Source of the DNA: Candidatus Poribacteria bacterium
Lineage (GTDB): Bacteria > Poribacteria > WGA-4E > WGA-3G
NCBI GenBank assembly: GCA_965197475.1
Contig: CBDANF010000003.1
Span: forward strand, 2,176,001 to 2,240,000
DNA length: 64,000 nucleotides
Reading direction: 5' to 3'
The notes beneath the pieces were generated by a model that was not told where the DNA came from, searched no databases, and saw only the letters and a program-made list of their open reading frames with translations. The translations under genes and the position numbers were made by a program. Positions 48,005 through 57,491 of this stretch are shown in pieces; within the stretch, counting starts at the first letter, position 1; every line of letters starts with the position of its first letter.

Positions 48005-48970
48005 ATGAACACGCTTAATAAGACTTTATGGGAAATGGTCAAGATTGCTGCCTATTGCTTGATTGTAATGGGAATAGTCGGGTCGTTGACACTTTTCATT
48101 GTTATTCCGCAATGGATAAAGTCAACTGAAATTTTGGTTCCAAACCTTGTAGGTAAACACTATTACCAAGCACTGCAGACACTTAAAAATGCAGGACTTA
48201 AACCAAATAATACGCTTCTATTTGAGAGTAGTAGCAAACCGAAAGGGGATGTCATCAAGCAAACCCCCCTTGCCAATATTAGTATTAAACCCCAGCAAAC
48301 TGTTCAACTTACAGTCAGTATTGGTGCTGATCTAATGGCTGTTCCATCAGTTATTGGAAAATCGGAAGATGCAGCACACGAAACGCTCAAAACTGCTGGT
48401 TTTCGTCCAAATTCGGTTGCTTATGTCCATTCAACAAATTATTTACCGGACACCGTCATCGCTCAAAATCCTGCAGAAAGTATTCCAAAAAAACGCGCCA
48501 GCGATGTGAACCTATTGATAAGTCTTGGAAGAAAACCGGAAAACATTCAGCTGCCAGACCTGCAGAACTATCTCGTCAGCGAAGTATTACCCGCACTTAA
48601 AGCGATTGGTTTGGATGTTGAAATTAAAAATAGTCCACATCCAAAAATTGAGCAAGGGAGGATTATTACACACAATAAACTTGTTCAAAGCGGCGACCTA
48701 ATTACACTTGAAGTCAGCGGTAAACGTGGTAACACCGAAAATATTGGCAGGTTATTAACATATAAACACACCGTTAGTGAAGAAGGGAATCGAGCAAAAG
48801 AAGTCCGAATCATTATTATTGATGAATATCGTGAACGCGAAGTCCTTAAAGGATCTTATGCGCCTGGAACCGTAATTGACTTGGAAAAAAGAAGAGTCAG
48901 GGTTTTCGGTCCAACACTGGTAATTGTGTTTGAAGATGGTAAAAAAATGTATGAGCGTCAATATCAATAA
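48005..48970 (+). CDS. Membrane-anchored PASTA-domain protein with no kinase domain
   Basis: N-terminal TM helix; VPNLVG, VPSVIG and LPDL repeats with VIxQxP motifs. Confidence 0.85.
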   Translation: MNTLNKTLWEMVKIAAYCLIVMGIVGSLTLFIVIPQWIKSTEILVPNLVGKHYYQALQTLKNAGLKPNNTLLFESSSKPKGDVIKQTPLANISIKPQQTVQLTVSIGADLMAVPSVIGKSEDAAHETLKTAGFRPNSVAYVHSTNYLPDTVIAQNPAESIPKKRASDVNLLISLGRKPENIQLPDLQNYLVSEVLPALKAIGLDVEIKNSPHPKIEQGRIITHNKLVQSGDLITLEVSGKRGNTENIGRLLTYKHTVSEEGNRAKEVRIIIIDEYREREVLKGSYAPGTVIDLEKRRVRVFGPTLVIVFEDGKKMYERQYQ

Positions 48971-49026
48971 AAATCGTATTGCAAAACTCTTAGGTAATTA
49001 GAAATAATTGTTCCATCGAAAATCCG

Positions 49027-49698
49027 ATGAAAAATCAAAATAATAAAGTACCCAAAATTGCGCCGTCACTATTAGCAGCTGATTTCAGTCGTTTTGGTGA
49101 AGAGGTCAACCGTGTTGTCACCGCTGGTGCCGACCTGCTTCATTTTGATGTGATGGATGGCGAATTTGTGCCAAACTTCGGTATAAGTCCACTATTAATT
49201 GCTGCGGTTCGAGAAAAAACGGAGGTGCTTTTTGATGTCCATATCATGGTAACACATCCGCTCCGATATATTGATGCCTTAGCTGATGCCGGGTCAGATA
49301 TCATAACCTTCCATATTGAAAGTGACGATGAACCCAATGCGGTAATTTCAGCAATTAAAGCACATAACATAAAAGCCGGTTTAGCATTTTCACCAAAAAC
49401 ACCAACTGAGGCAGTTACACCTTACCTGTCGGATATTGATCTCGTCTTACCGATGAGCGTTGAACCGGGATTCGGGGGACAAGCCTTTATACCGGGTACT
49501 CTTGAGAAAATAGCAAAATTGGATCGTAAGATTCAAGAGATTGATAATTCGCCTGAAATTTCTGTTGATGGGGGTGTAACAGTAGAGATAGGACCACGTG
49601 CTGCTCGTCAAGGTGCTACAATCCTTGTCGCAGGCACAGCAATTTTTCGGAGCCAACACCCAAAAGCAATCATTGAAAAATTACGTACTGTAGAGTAG
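49027..49698 (+). CDS. rpe: Ribulose-phosphate 3-epimerase
   Basis: IAPSLLAADF, HFDVMDG.FVPN, DVHIM, MSVEPGFGGQ, VDGG. Confidence 0.96.
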   Translation: MKNQNNKVPKIAPSLLAADFSRFGEEVNRVVTAGADLLHFDVMDGEFVPNFGISPLLIAAVREKTEVLFDVHIMVTHPLRYIDALADAGSDIITFHIESDDEPNAVISAIKAHNIKAGLAFSPKTPTEAVTPYLSDIDLVLPMSVEPGFGGQAFIPGTLEKIAKLDRKIQEIDNSPEISVDGGVTVEIGPRAARQGATILVAGTAIFRSQHPKAIIEKLRTVE

Positions 49699-49733
49699 CT
49701 CTAAGTTCCTACTTGATTTTGTTAGGAAGAAAG

Positions 49734-50453
49734 ATGCATACGTTCTATGTTCCCTCAACTCAGATCAATGAAGATATCGCTGCGATTACGGACGTAGAAC
49801 AACACCATCTCCGAAATGTGCTCCGTGTGAATCTCGGTGATAAAATCCGAATTATTGATGGAAAGGGAGGTGTCTTTATAGCAGAAATAAAGAGTATTAA
49901 CACCGAATCAACGGCTGCAAAAATACTTAATCGTGAGTTTCACGAGAGAAAATCACCGTCCATAATCCTTTTTCAAACGTTACCCAAAAACGATAAGATG
50001 GAGTTGATTTTGCAGAAGACAACTGAACTTGGTATTACACAGATTGTTCCTATATCCACAGAACGGTCACTACAAAAACCGAGTGAAAGTCGTTATCAAC
50101 GTTGGCACCGAGTCGTTATTTCTGCAACAAAGCAGTGCAAACGAGCGTGGTTACCAGAACTATGTGAAATTCAAAAATTTCAAGACTGCCTAAACACGTT
50201 CCAATCATTTGCACTCACCCTAATCTTCTGGGAAAATGAGAAGCAACAACATATCAAAAAAGTCTTGAGAGAGACACCAAAGATAGAATCTATAGCACTT
50301 TTAGTCGGTCCAGAAGGGGGCTTTACCGAAAAGGAAGTCAATGATGCAATTGAAAACGGATGTACCCCTGTGACGATCGGATCAAATATCCTGAGAACAG
50401 AAACAGCCGCAATCGCAGGAATTACCATCGCCGCTTATGAATACCAACTTTAA
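49734..50453 (+). CDS. rsmE: 16S rRNA m3U1498 methyltransferase
   Basis: HHLRNVLR, QKTTELG, VGPEGG, ILRTETA. Confidence 0.95.
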   Translation: MHTFYVPSTQINEDIAAITDVEQHHLRNVLRVNLGDKIRIIDGKGGVFIAEIKSINTESTAAKILNREFHERKSPSIILFQTLPKNDKMELILQKTTELGITQIVPISTERSLQKPSESRYQRWHRVVISATKQCKRAWLPELCEIQKFQDCLNTFQSFALTLIFWENEKQQHIKKVLRETPKIESIALLVGPEGGFTEKEVNDAIENGCTPVTIGSNILRTETAAIAGITIAAYEYQL

Positions 50454-51780
50454 TTCGACACAAAAAGCAATGAAGACAGCCAAACTCATTACGATGGGGT
50501 GTAAGGTTAATCAATACGATACGCAATCAATGCGGGAAGCACTTGTCCGTAACGGGTATGCGATTGTTGATGAAACACAGCCCGCTGACCTCTATCTCAT
50601 TAACACTTGCACAGTAACAAACGCCGCTGATCAGAAAGCAAGACAAGCAATTCGGAGATCTATTCGACAGAACCCGAATGCTGATGTCTTGGTTACGGGG
50701 TGTTACGCTGAAAATGACCGAAAGGCAATTGAGGAAATCCCCGGCGTGAAGTTTGTCTTCGGAAACCGGGAGAAAGCAGACTTTCAAACCTATCTTGATA
50801 AGTTACATACTGAGACACCACTACAGATTCAACCTATTCAGCACGATGCGATTCGGGAACATGCGCGTTTTAGCAGCGGTGTAAGCAATGCCGGAAAACG
50901 CACACGCGCCCTTATTAAAGTCCAAGATGGTTGTAGTGCTTTCTGCACCTATTGCATCATTCCTTATGTACGGGGACGAATGACCAGTCGTCCTTTGACA
51001 GAGATCGTGGATGAAGCGCATCGAATTGCCGACAGTGGTATCAAGGAAATTGTGATTACCGGTGTGCATCTTGGTGCTTACGGACAAGACACGGGCAGAG
51101 ACAAGGATATTGCGGATATATTAGAACGGATACACGGAATTGATGGCATTGAACGTATCCGCTTCAGCTCAATAGAGCCGATGTATTTTCCCGATATTCT
51201 ATCAGAACGGATGTCAGCACTACCGAAGTGTATGCCTCACTTCCACCTCCCAATTCAATCTGGGTCGGATGAGGTGTTACGCAGAATGCGCCGCCGTTAT
51301 ACAACCACAAAATTCGCTCACCTCGTTGAAAACCTACGTGCCCGTTTTTCCGATGATGTTGGTATCACCACAGATATTATGGTTGGATTTCCTGGTGAAA
51401 CGGAAATTGAATTTAAGAATTCGCTTCAGTTCGTTGAAGATATTGGATTCAGTCAACTACATGTGTTTCGATATTCTCCGCGCAAAGGCACACCTGCAGC
51501 CGCTTACACAGACCAAGTTCCTCCACATATTTCAGCTGTGCGGAGCCGAGAGATGATTGAATTAGGTGAACAACTTAGTGCAGCATTTCGAAAGCGAATG
51601 CTTGGCAAACATAAAAACGTTTTAGTCGAAGAAAGTCGGGAGGGTCAGAAAAACCTTCGCGCAGGATTCACGGATAACTATCTCCGTGTGCTTGTAGATG
51701 CTCCAGAAACTGTAATTAATCAAATTTTGCGAGTTAAGTTAACAACTTTAGATAGCGAATTTGTCTATGGGGTATGTTAG
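50437..51780 (+). CDS. mtaB: tRNA t6A37 methylthiotransferase (radical SAM)
   Basis: TMGCKVNQYD, INTCTVT, KVQDGC...CTYCIIP..RG, GFPGET, HVFRYS.RKGT; alternative start at 50470. Confidence 0.92.
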   Translation: MNTNFNSTQKAMKTAKLITMGCKVNQYDTQSMREALVRNGYAIVDETQPADLYLINTCTVTNAADQKARQAIRRSIRQNPNADVLVTGCYAENDRKAIEEIPGVKFVFGNREKADFQTYLDKLHTETPLQIQPIQHDAIREHARFSSGVSNAGKRTRALIKVQDGCSAFCTYCIIPYVRGRMTSRPLTEIVDEAHRIADSGIKEIVITGVHLGAYGQDTGRDKDIADILERIHGIDGIERIRFSSIEPMYFPDILSERMSALPKCMPHFHLPIQSGSDEVLRRMRRRYTTTKFAHLVENLRARFSDDVGITTDIMVGFPGETEIEFKNSLQFVEDIGFSQLHVFRYSPRKGTPAAAYTDQVPPHISAVRSREMIELGEQLSAAFRKRMLGKHKNVLVEESREGQKNLRAGFTDNYLRVLVDAPETVINQILRVKLTTLDSEFVYGVC

Positions 51781-51836
51781 GAATGACTATTTATCGTGAA
51801 GCCCAGAAATTAGATGCCGAATGTCATACATGCATT

Positions 51837-51861
51837 CGGCGTTGATTCGCTTAGCTTAAGT
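51837..51861. terminator. Possible hairpin region between convergent mtaB and nadB (stem GCCGAATG...CATTCGGC lies just upstream, about 51817-51840)
   Basis: 8-bp inverted repeat in the convergent intergenic gap; no clear T-tract. Confidence 0.3.
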
Positions 51862-51932
51862 CAAATCACGTGAGTTATAGAGTCGGTTCCACTATGCTTT
51901 GTGGGTGGAAATCTTATATAAGGTAGGATGCC

Positions 51933-53615
51933 CTATAGGTTCACAATTTCTGGGTCATTGTCTTTGGTCATGATGATGCGTTGTATCCAATCGGCATTAT
52001 CTTGATCAGGGAAGTCAGCACGGTAGTGTGCACCACGGCTTTCCGTTCGAACGAGTGCCGCTTGCGTTATTATCCACGCAACATTGAGCATATTTAGTGT
52101 TTCACATAATGCTACCTCAGTCGTTTGTAGATATGTTGGTGAATAGGGACAGAGATTGATTTCTGTCCCTATTTCTTCCAAATCAGTGAGGGTTAGTTCT
52201 AACCCTTCGCTGTCGCGTTCAATTGCAACATTTTCCCAGAGTGTTTCGCGAATAGCATCCTGTGTAGCGAGTATAGAATATTCATCTTCATTTTTTGAGT
52301 ATTCACATTTTGGAATCTGGATATTTGGTGGGGATTGCGATGTCTGTGAAGTAGCATAAGTTGCAGCGTTAATTCCAGCACGTACACCGAAGACGAGGCA
52401 TTCTAACAGTGAATTGCTTGCTAAACGATTTGCACCGTGCACGCCAGTGCATGCAACTTCACCGCAAGCATACAAGCCATTTAGGTTTGTTTCTGTATCA
52501 ATGTTTGTGCGGATACCGCCCATCATAAAATGCGCGCCGGGGCGGACAGGAATTAGGTCAATATTAATATCCAGCCCGTAGTGTTTAGTCGTATCATAAA
52601 TTGTGGGGAATCGTTCCTGAATAAAGTCGGCAGATTTATGGGTAATATCAAGATAGACACATGAGAATCCTGTGAGGTACATTTCGTTTTGAATAGCTTG
52701 ACTGACGACATCACGGGGTGCAAGTTCTCCTTTCTCGTGATATTTATCCATAAATTGTTCACCGAGAATGTTGACAAGTTTTCCACCTTCGCCTCGGACT
52801 GCCTCAGATATTAGGAAATTAGGAGCACCGTCAAGATAGAGTGTCGTGGGGTGAAACTGAACGAATTCCATATCTATCATATCGCATCCTGCGCGCCAGG
52901 CTGCTGCGAAACCGTCACCGGTTGCTACCTCAGGATTGGACGTACAGGGATATAGACGACCAAGTCCTCCCGTTGCGAGAATTGTCGCTTTGGCATAGAG
53001 ACATACCAGTTCACCGTCCACGATTGTGGAAACACCGTAACAACTGACGCTCTCACTTCCCAATCGTAATTCGGTATCTGTAAGCAGATCAATTGCAAAC
53101 GCGTTTGAGAGGACACGGATCCGTTCTGTGCTTAAGACCCGTTGAACGAGAACATCCGTTGTTTCTCGTCCAGTAGCATCACCTTTGTGAACGATCCGCC
53201 GCCGACTATGTGCTGATTCTTGTGTAAAACGGGGTAGCGTCCCTTCCCAGTCAAAATCTGCACCCCAATCTAACAACTCAGTCACACGGGGGATACCCTC
53301 AGCAACCATAGTTTCAACGGCGTTGACATCGCATAAGCCGCACCCAGCAGCGCATGTATCTTCAACGTGCAGGTCTATCGTGTCATCAATGTTCATGGCG
53401 ACTGCGATGCCACCTTGAGCGTAAAGCGTATTACTCTCTTTGAGGGTTGTTTTCGTGATTAGGGTCACATCAACATTCTCGCTTGCGGCGAGTGCCGCGC
53501 GCAACCCAGCTGCGCCGCTACCAATTATTAGGACATCTGTATCCCAGCTTGAATGCACTTCTGAATTCAACACAGAAAAATCTGTTTTGGTCTTCATATT
53601 ATCTTGGCAAGCCAC
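51933..53615 (-). CDS. nadB: L-aspartate oxidase
   Basis: IIGSGAAG, YAQGGIA, HSRRRI, QFHPT, LISEAVRGEG, ELAPRD, HGANRLASNSLLE, ESRGAH. Confidence 0.95.
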   Translation of the reverse strand: MACQDNMKTKTDFSVLNSEVHSSWDTDVLIIGSGAAGLRAALAASENVDVTLITKTTLKESNTLYAQGGIAVAMNIDDTIDLHVEDTCAAGCGLCDVNAVETMVAEGIPRVTELLDWGADFDWEGTLPRFTQESAHSRRRIVHKGDATGRETTDVLVQRVLSTERIRVLSNAFAIDLLTDTELRLGSESVSCYGVSTIVDGELVCLYAKATILATGGLGRLYPCTSNPEVATGDGFAAAWRAGCDMIDMEFVQFHPTTLYLDGAPNFLISEAVRGEGGKLVNILGEQFMDKYHEKGELAPRDVVSQAIQNEMYLTGFSCVYLDITHKSADFIQERFPTIYDTTKHYGLDINIDLIPVRPGAHFMMGGIRTNIDTETNLNGLYACGEVACTGVHGANRLASNSLLECLVFGVRAGINAATYATSQTSQSPPNIQIPKCEYSKNEDEYSILATQDAIRETLWENVAIERDSEGLELTLTDLEEIGTEINLCPYSPTYLQTTEVALCETLNMLNVAWIITQAALVRTESRGAHYRADFPDQDNADWIQRIIMTKDNDPEIVNL

Positions 53616-53621
53616 ACCATT

Positions 53622-54053
53622 CTATTCAGTTGAAGGCGTAGGTGCGTAACTTTCATTGACCGGCATTACCTTGCCGGTGCCAGTAGCGATGAGGGTACTG
53701 TCACTGAGCTTTACCTCTGCTTTTGCCTCCACTAAACGTCGTGACACCTTCATACGTTCTGCGAAAACAAAAAGTTTCACTCCTGTTGGTGCGGGCTTCC
53801 GGAATCTGACTTCAAGTTGCGCTGTAACAGCGGGACCGTCAAAAATTCCTATACCGATGTGGGTTATTGCCTCATCCAACAGAGTACTTATTATACCACC
53901 GTGTAGAATGTTTGCCCACCCTTGCATGTGTTCTGGTGGTGTGCATTCTATGTGAACCGCTGCGCCTGCATCTCTGATTTCCGGATTGACTTGCAAGCCG
54001 TAGGGATTTTTCTTGCCACAAACAAAACATCGGTTGTTATTTTCTATTGCCAT
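53622..54053 (-). CDS. PaaI-family (hotdog fold) thioesterase
   Basis: CFVCG..NP.GL, HGGIISTLLDE, VTAQL.VRFRKP. Confidence 0.9.
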   Translation of the reverse strand: MAIENNNRCFVCGKKNPYGLQVNPEIRDAGAAVHIECTPPEHMQGWANILHGGIISTLLDEAITHIGIGIFDGPAVTAQLEVRFRKPAPTGVKLFVFAERMKVSRRLVEAKAEVKLSDSTLIATGTGKVMPVNESYAPTPSTE

Positions 54054-54093
54054 TTTTATCCTAAAAGTCGTTTTGTGTCAAAATACATATTGG

Positions 54094-56730
54094 TTATGAG
54101 GATGTAAGCATTGTAAGGCTACGTGCTAACTTTTCCTGTTCAATCGACAGTCGTTCAAGCAGTTCACGCTTTTGTGCGACAACTTTTTCAGGTGCACGTT
54201 CAATAAAATTAGGATTTTCTAATGTTTTCTGTGCTGCTTCAATGTCCTTGACTATCTGCCGATGCCGTTTCGTTAGTCGTGCTTTTTCTGCTTCAAGATC
54301 GATTACTCCTGCTAATGGAATATAGATAGCGAGTTCTCCTATAACAGCCTCTGCTGAGGCAGGTGGTTTCGGCAAAGATTCAGCAATGATGATATTTTCT
54401 ACTCGCGTAAATGCAGGTAAGTATTGTTTGAGATAGGTTTTGAGCCGATTCCGTACTTCAGCATCTGGTGATTGAATGTGAACGTCCACAAATGCTCCGA
54501 TCGGAACATTTAACTCGCCGCGGATGCTTCTAATATTCTCAACAACTTCCATGACGGTTGCCATAGTGGCTTCTGCAGTTGGATTTTCTTTTGTCGGTTT
54601 TGGCCAAGGTGCTACTGTAACTGAAACTCCTACATCGTGTGGAAGTTGTTGCCAAATCTCCTCTGTTAAAAACGGCATGAGTGGGTGTAGGAGCCGCATC
54701 ATCTGTTCTAAAACATCGGTTGCAACCCACAACGCTTTTGGATCGTCAGTGGTGAGACGTTGTTTAGCGAATTCCAGATACCAATCACAGAATTCATGCC
54801 AGAGAAACGCATAGAGAGTTTGTGCTACTTCGTGGAAGCGAAAGTTCTCAAGTGCATCGGTAGCAATTTTTATGGTATGGCTCAAGCGGCTCTGTATCCA
54901 CTGAACTTCTAATGGATTTTCCCTTTCTGTTACCTCTTGTCTTGAAGGAATAGGATATTTCTCTAAATTCATGAGAATGAATCGGGCTGCGTTCCACACT
55001 TTGTTAGCAAATCGTTTACCTGCCTCAATCTGAGATTCAGGCAACGGCACATAAGGGTTCGGCGTACTGGCGTTTACAAGCGAGAATCGGAAGGCATCTG
55101 TGCCATAAGTAGCAATCGTCTCCAATGGATCAATGCTATTCCCTTTCGACTTGCTCATCTTCTGTCCCTTCTCATCCGCAACAAGACCGTGTAGGTAGAC
55201 AGTACGGAATGGAACTTCATCCATACATCCCAATCCTAACATTATCATTCTTGCTACCCAGAAAAAGAGAATGTCCCACCCTGTTACAAGCACAGATGTA
55301 GGATAAAAGGTATTCAACTCATCGGTTTCTTCGGGCCAACCCATTGTTGAGAAGGGCCACAAACCTGAACTGAACCAAGTATCTAAAACATCTTCTTCTT
55401 GATGGAAATCAGTTGCACCACACTTGCACTGTTCCGGCGTATCCATTGCGGCAGTTGCTTTTTCGCAAGCATTACAGTACCATATTGGCAGTCGATGTCC
55501 CCACCATCTTTGGCGTGAAATCGGCCACGGTTCAATATTTTCCATCCAGTGAAAAAACCGCGAGGTTTCGCGTTCGGGAATAAATGATACTTCCCCTTTT
55601 TTAGTGGCTTCTATAGCACGTTGTGCAAGCGGACGAACATTCATAAACCATTGCAGCGATATTGCAGGTTCAACTATTGTTCCACATCTATCATGATGTC
55701 CAACAGCATGTCTATGCGGCACAATTTTAACTAAATATCCTGCCTTATCCAAGTCTTCAACTACCTTTTTCCGGCAATCCCAACGCGATAAACCTACGTA
55801 GTTCTTGCCTGCATCCTTATTCATGTGTCTGTCAGCGGTGAAAATCGTACGTTGTTCAAGGTTGTGCCGCAAGCCGATTTCATAGTCGTTGGTATCGTGG
55901 GCAGGCGTAACTTTCAACGCACCTGTCCCAAATTCTGTATCCACATATTCATCAGCTATAATCGGAATCTCTCTGTCACAAAGCGGGAGGAGAACTTTTT
56001 TCCCTATTAGGTGCTGATAACGTTCATCGTCAGGATGGACTGCAACTGCAGTATCACCCAACATCGTTTCAGGACGTGTGGTTGCGATTTCAAGCACAAC
56101 ATCGCTATCTATAACAGGATAGTGGATATGGTAAAAATTACCATCAATTTCAATCGGTTCCACTTCAAGGTTACTCACTGCGGTATTGCATTGTGGACAC
56201 CAATTCACCATATAGGTATCTTGATAGATAAGTCCCTGATTGTAGAGTTTAACAAAGGCGGTACGAACTGCTTCTGACAACCCGTCATCAAGTGTAAACC
56301 GTTCACGTTTCCAATCACAAGAACATCCGAGTTGTTGAAGCTGTGAGACGATATATCCTGCGGATTCATCTTTCCACTGCCACATCCGTTCAATGAATTT
56401 TTCACGACCCAGAGCGTTTCTACTTGTGCCCTCTTCGGCAAGTTTCCGCTCCATGATAAGCTCAGTTACAATGCCCGCGTGGTCGGTTCCAGGCATCCAG
56501 AGAACGTTGTAGCCTTGCATGCGTCGCCATCGGATAAGACAATCTTGTAGTGTGTTATCAAGCGCGTGTCCAATGTGCAAGCTGCCAGTAATGTTCGGGG
56601 GTGGAATCACAATCGCATAGGGAGGTTTGTCGGAGGTGGCTTCGGCATGAAAGAAACCGTTGTTTTGCCAAAATTGGTACCATTTACCCTCAATTTCCTG
56701 AGGGTCGTAAATCTTTGGAAGACTTGTCAT
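54094..56730 (-). CDS. valS: Valyl-tRNA synthetase
   Basis: PPPNITGSLHIGH, GTDHAG, ATTRPET, GTGALKVTPAHD, DVLDTWFSS, KMSKSKGN, C-terminal coiled coil. Confidence 0.97.
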   Translation of the reverse strand: MTSLPKIYDPQEIEGKWYQFWQNNGFFHAEATSDKPPYAIVIPPPNITGSLHIGHALDNTLQDCLIRWRRMQGYNVLWMPGTDHAGIVTELIMERKLAEEGTSRNALGREKFIERMWQWKDESAGYIVSQLQQLGCSCDWKRERFTLDDGLSEAVRTAFVKLYNQGLIYQDTYMVNWCPQCNTAVSNLEVEPIEIDGNFYHIHYPVIDSDVVLEIATTRPETMLGDTAVAVHPDDERYQHLIGKKVLLPLCDREIPIIADEYVDTEFGTGALKVTPAHDTNDYEIGLRHNLEQRTIFTADRHMNKDAGKNYVGLSRWDCRKKVVEDLDKAGYLVKIVPHRHAVGHHDRCGTIVEPAISLQWFMNVRPLAQRAIEATKKGEVSFIPERETSRFFHWMENIEPWPISRQRWWGHRLPIWYCNACEKATAAMDTPEQCKCGATDFHQEEDVLDTWFSSGLWPFSTMGWPEETDELNTFYPTSVLVTGWDILFFWVARMIMLGLGCMDEVPFRTVYLHGLVADEKGQKMSKSKGNSIDPLETIATYGTDAFRFSLVNASTPNPYVPLPESQIEAGKRFANKVWNAARFILMNLEKYPIPSRQEVTERENPLEVQWIQSRLSHTIKIATDALENFRFHEVAQTLYAFLWHEFCDWYLEFAKQRLTTDDPKALWVATDVLEQMMRLLHPLMPFLTEEIWQQLPHDVGVSVTVAPWPKPTKENPTAEATMATVMEVVENIRSIRGELNVPIGAFVDVHIQSPDAEVRNRLKTYLKQYLPAFTRVENIIIAESLPKPPASAEAVIGELAIYIPLAGVIDLEAEKARLTKRHRQIVKDIEAAQKTLENPNFIERAPEKVVAQKRELLERLSIEQEKLARSLTMLTSS

Positions 56731-56786
56731 ATTCTTACCTGAAAGGAAATCTATTATACAAAATTGATCAGATTTTGAAGTTAATG

Positions 56787-56810
56787 GCGCGCTTACAAAG
56801 CGTGCCTACA
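56787..56810 (-). repeat. Free-standing GTAG REP matching the MITE core
   Basis: GCGCGCTTACAAAGCGTGCCTAC without the flanking TIRs. Confidence 0.6.
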
Positions 56811-56828
56811 CGCAGGTATCCGATGATA

Positions 56829-57386
56829 CTAAGTAAAGGACGGTTCTATCCAACCATAAGCACCATCATCGGATTGAAAAAGTAAGTTTACCTGTCGCGT
56901 TTCAGAGTTTAAAAACATCAAAAGCGTTTCTCCAGATGTATGAAGTTCAGTCGCAGCTTCACTAACTGAAAGGGGTTTTGCGGCAAACTTCTCGGAGGCA
57001 GGGACAATTATTGGAGCGTCCGCTGAATCCATATCTGCTGGGATTTCTGATGCCTCTGGATTCAATTGTGCTACCACCTCGCGATGTGGGATATCATGCC
57101 GTTTATCCTTTACACGTTCTTTGTATTTACGAATCTGACTGATAACTTTGTCCACAGCACCGTCTAAAGCTGGTATGATTTCGTGGGTATTATTTTTTGC
57201 ATAAAACGAAACCCGGGGTGCTGTAACTTTAACCTCTGCTTCAAAACGATGTTTTTCAGCTTTAAGAATAACATTAAACTCTTGAAACTCTGCGAAACGA
57301 GATTCAATCTTGTCTGCACGTTTTAGGATATAATTATGAAGATCATCTGTTATTTTCAACTGATGTCCTGAATACGTAATTTTCAT
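56829..57386 (-). CDS. hpf: Ribosome hibernation promoting factor (long HPF)
   Basis: S30AE N-domain (MKITYSG...QIRKYKER) and C-domain (KPLSVSEA, GAYGWIEP); downstream of rpoN; GGAGG RBS. Confidence 0.9.
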   Translation of the reverse strand: MKITYSGHQLKITDDLHNYILKRADKIESRFAEFQEFNVILKAEKHRFEAEVKVTAPRVSFYAKNNTHEIIPALDGAVDKVISQIRKYKERVKDKRHDIPHREVVAQLNPEASEIPADMDSADAPIIVPASEKFAAKPLSVSEAATELHTSGETLLMFLNSETRQVNLLFQSDDGAYGWIEPSFT

Positions 57387-57491
57387 GATATTTTCCTCCC
57401 ACATAAATATCTAAAATTTGATAAATTCCTATCGTATTATATCAAAACCGCAAAAGGATAAAATAATTCCGTTGGTAAAAGGAATACGAAA

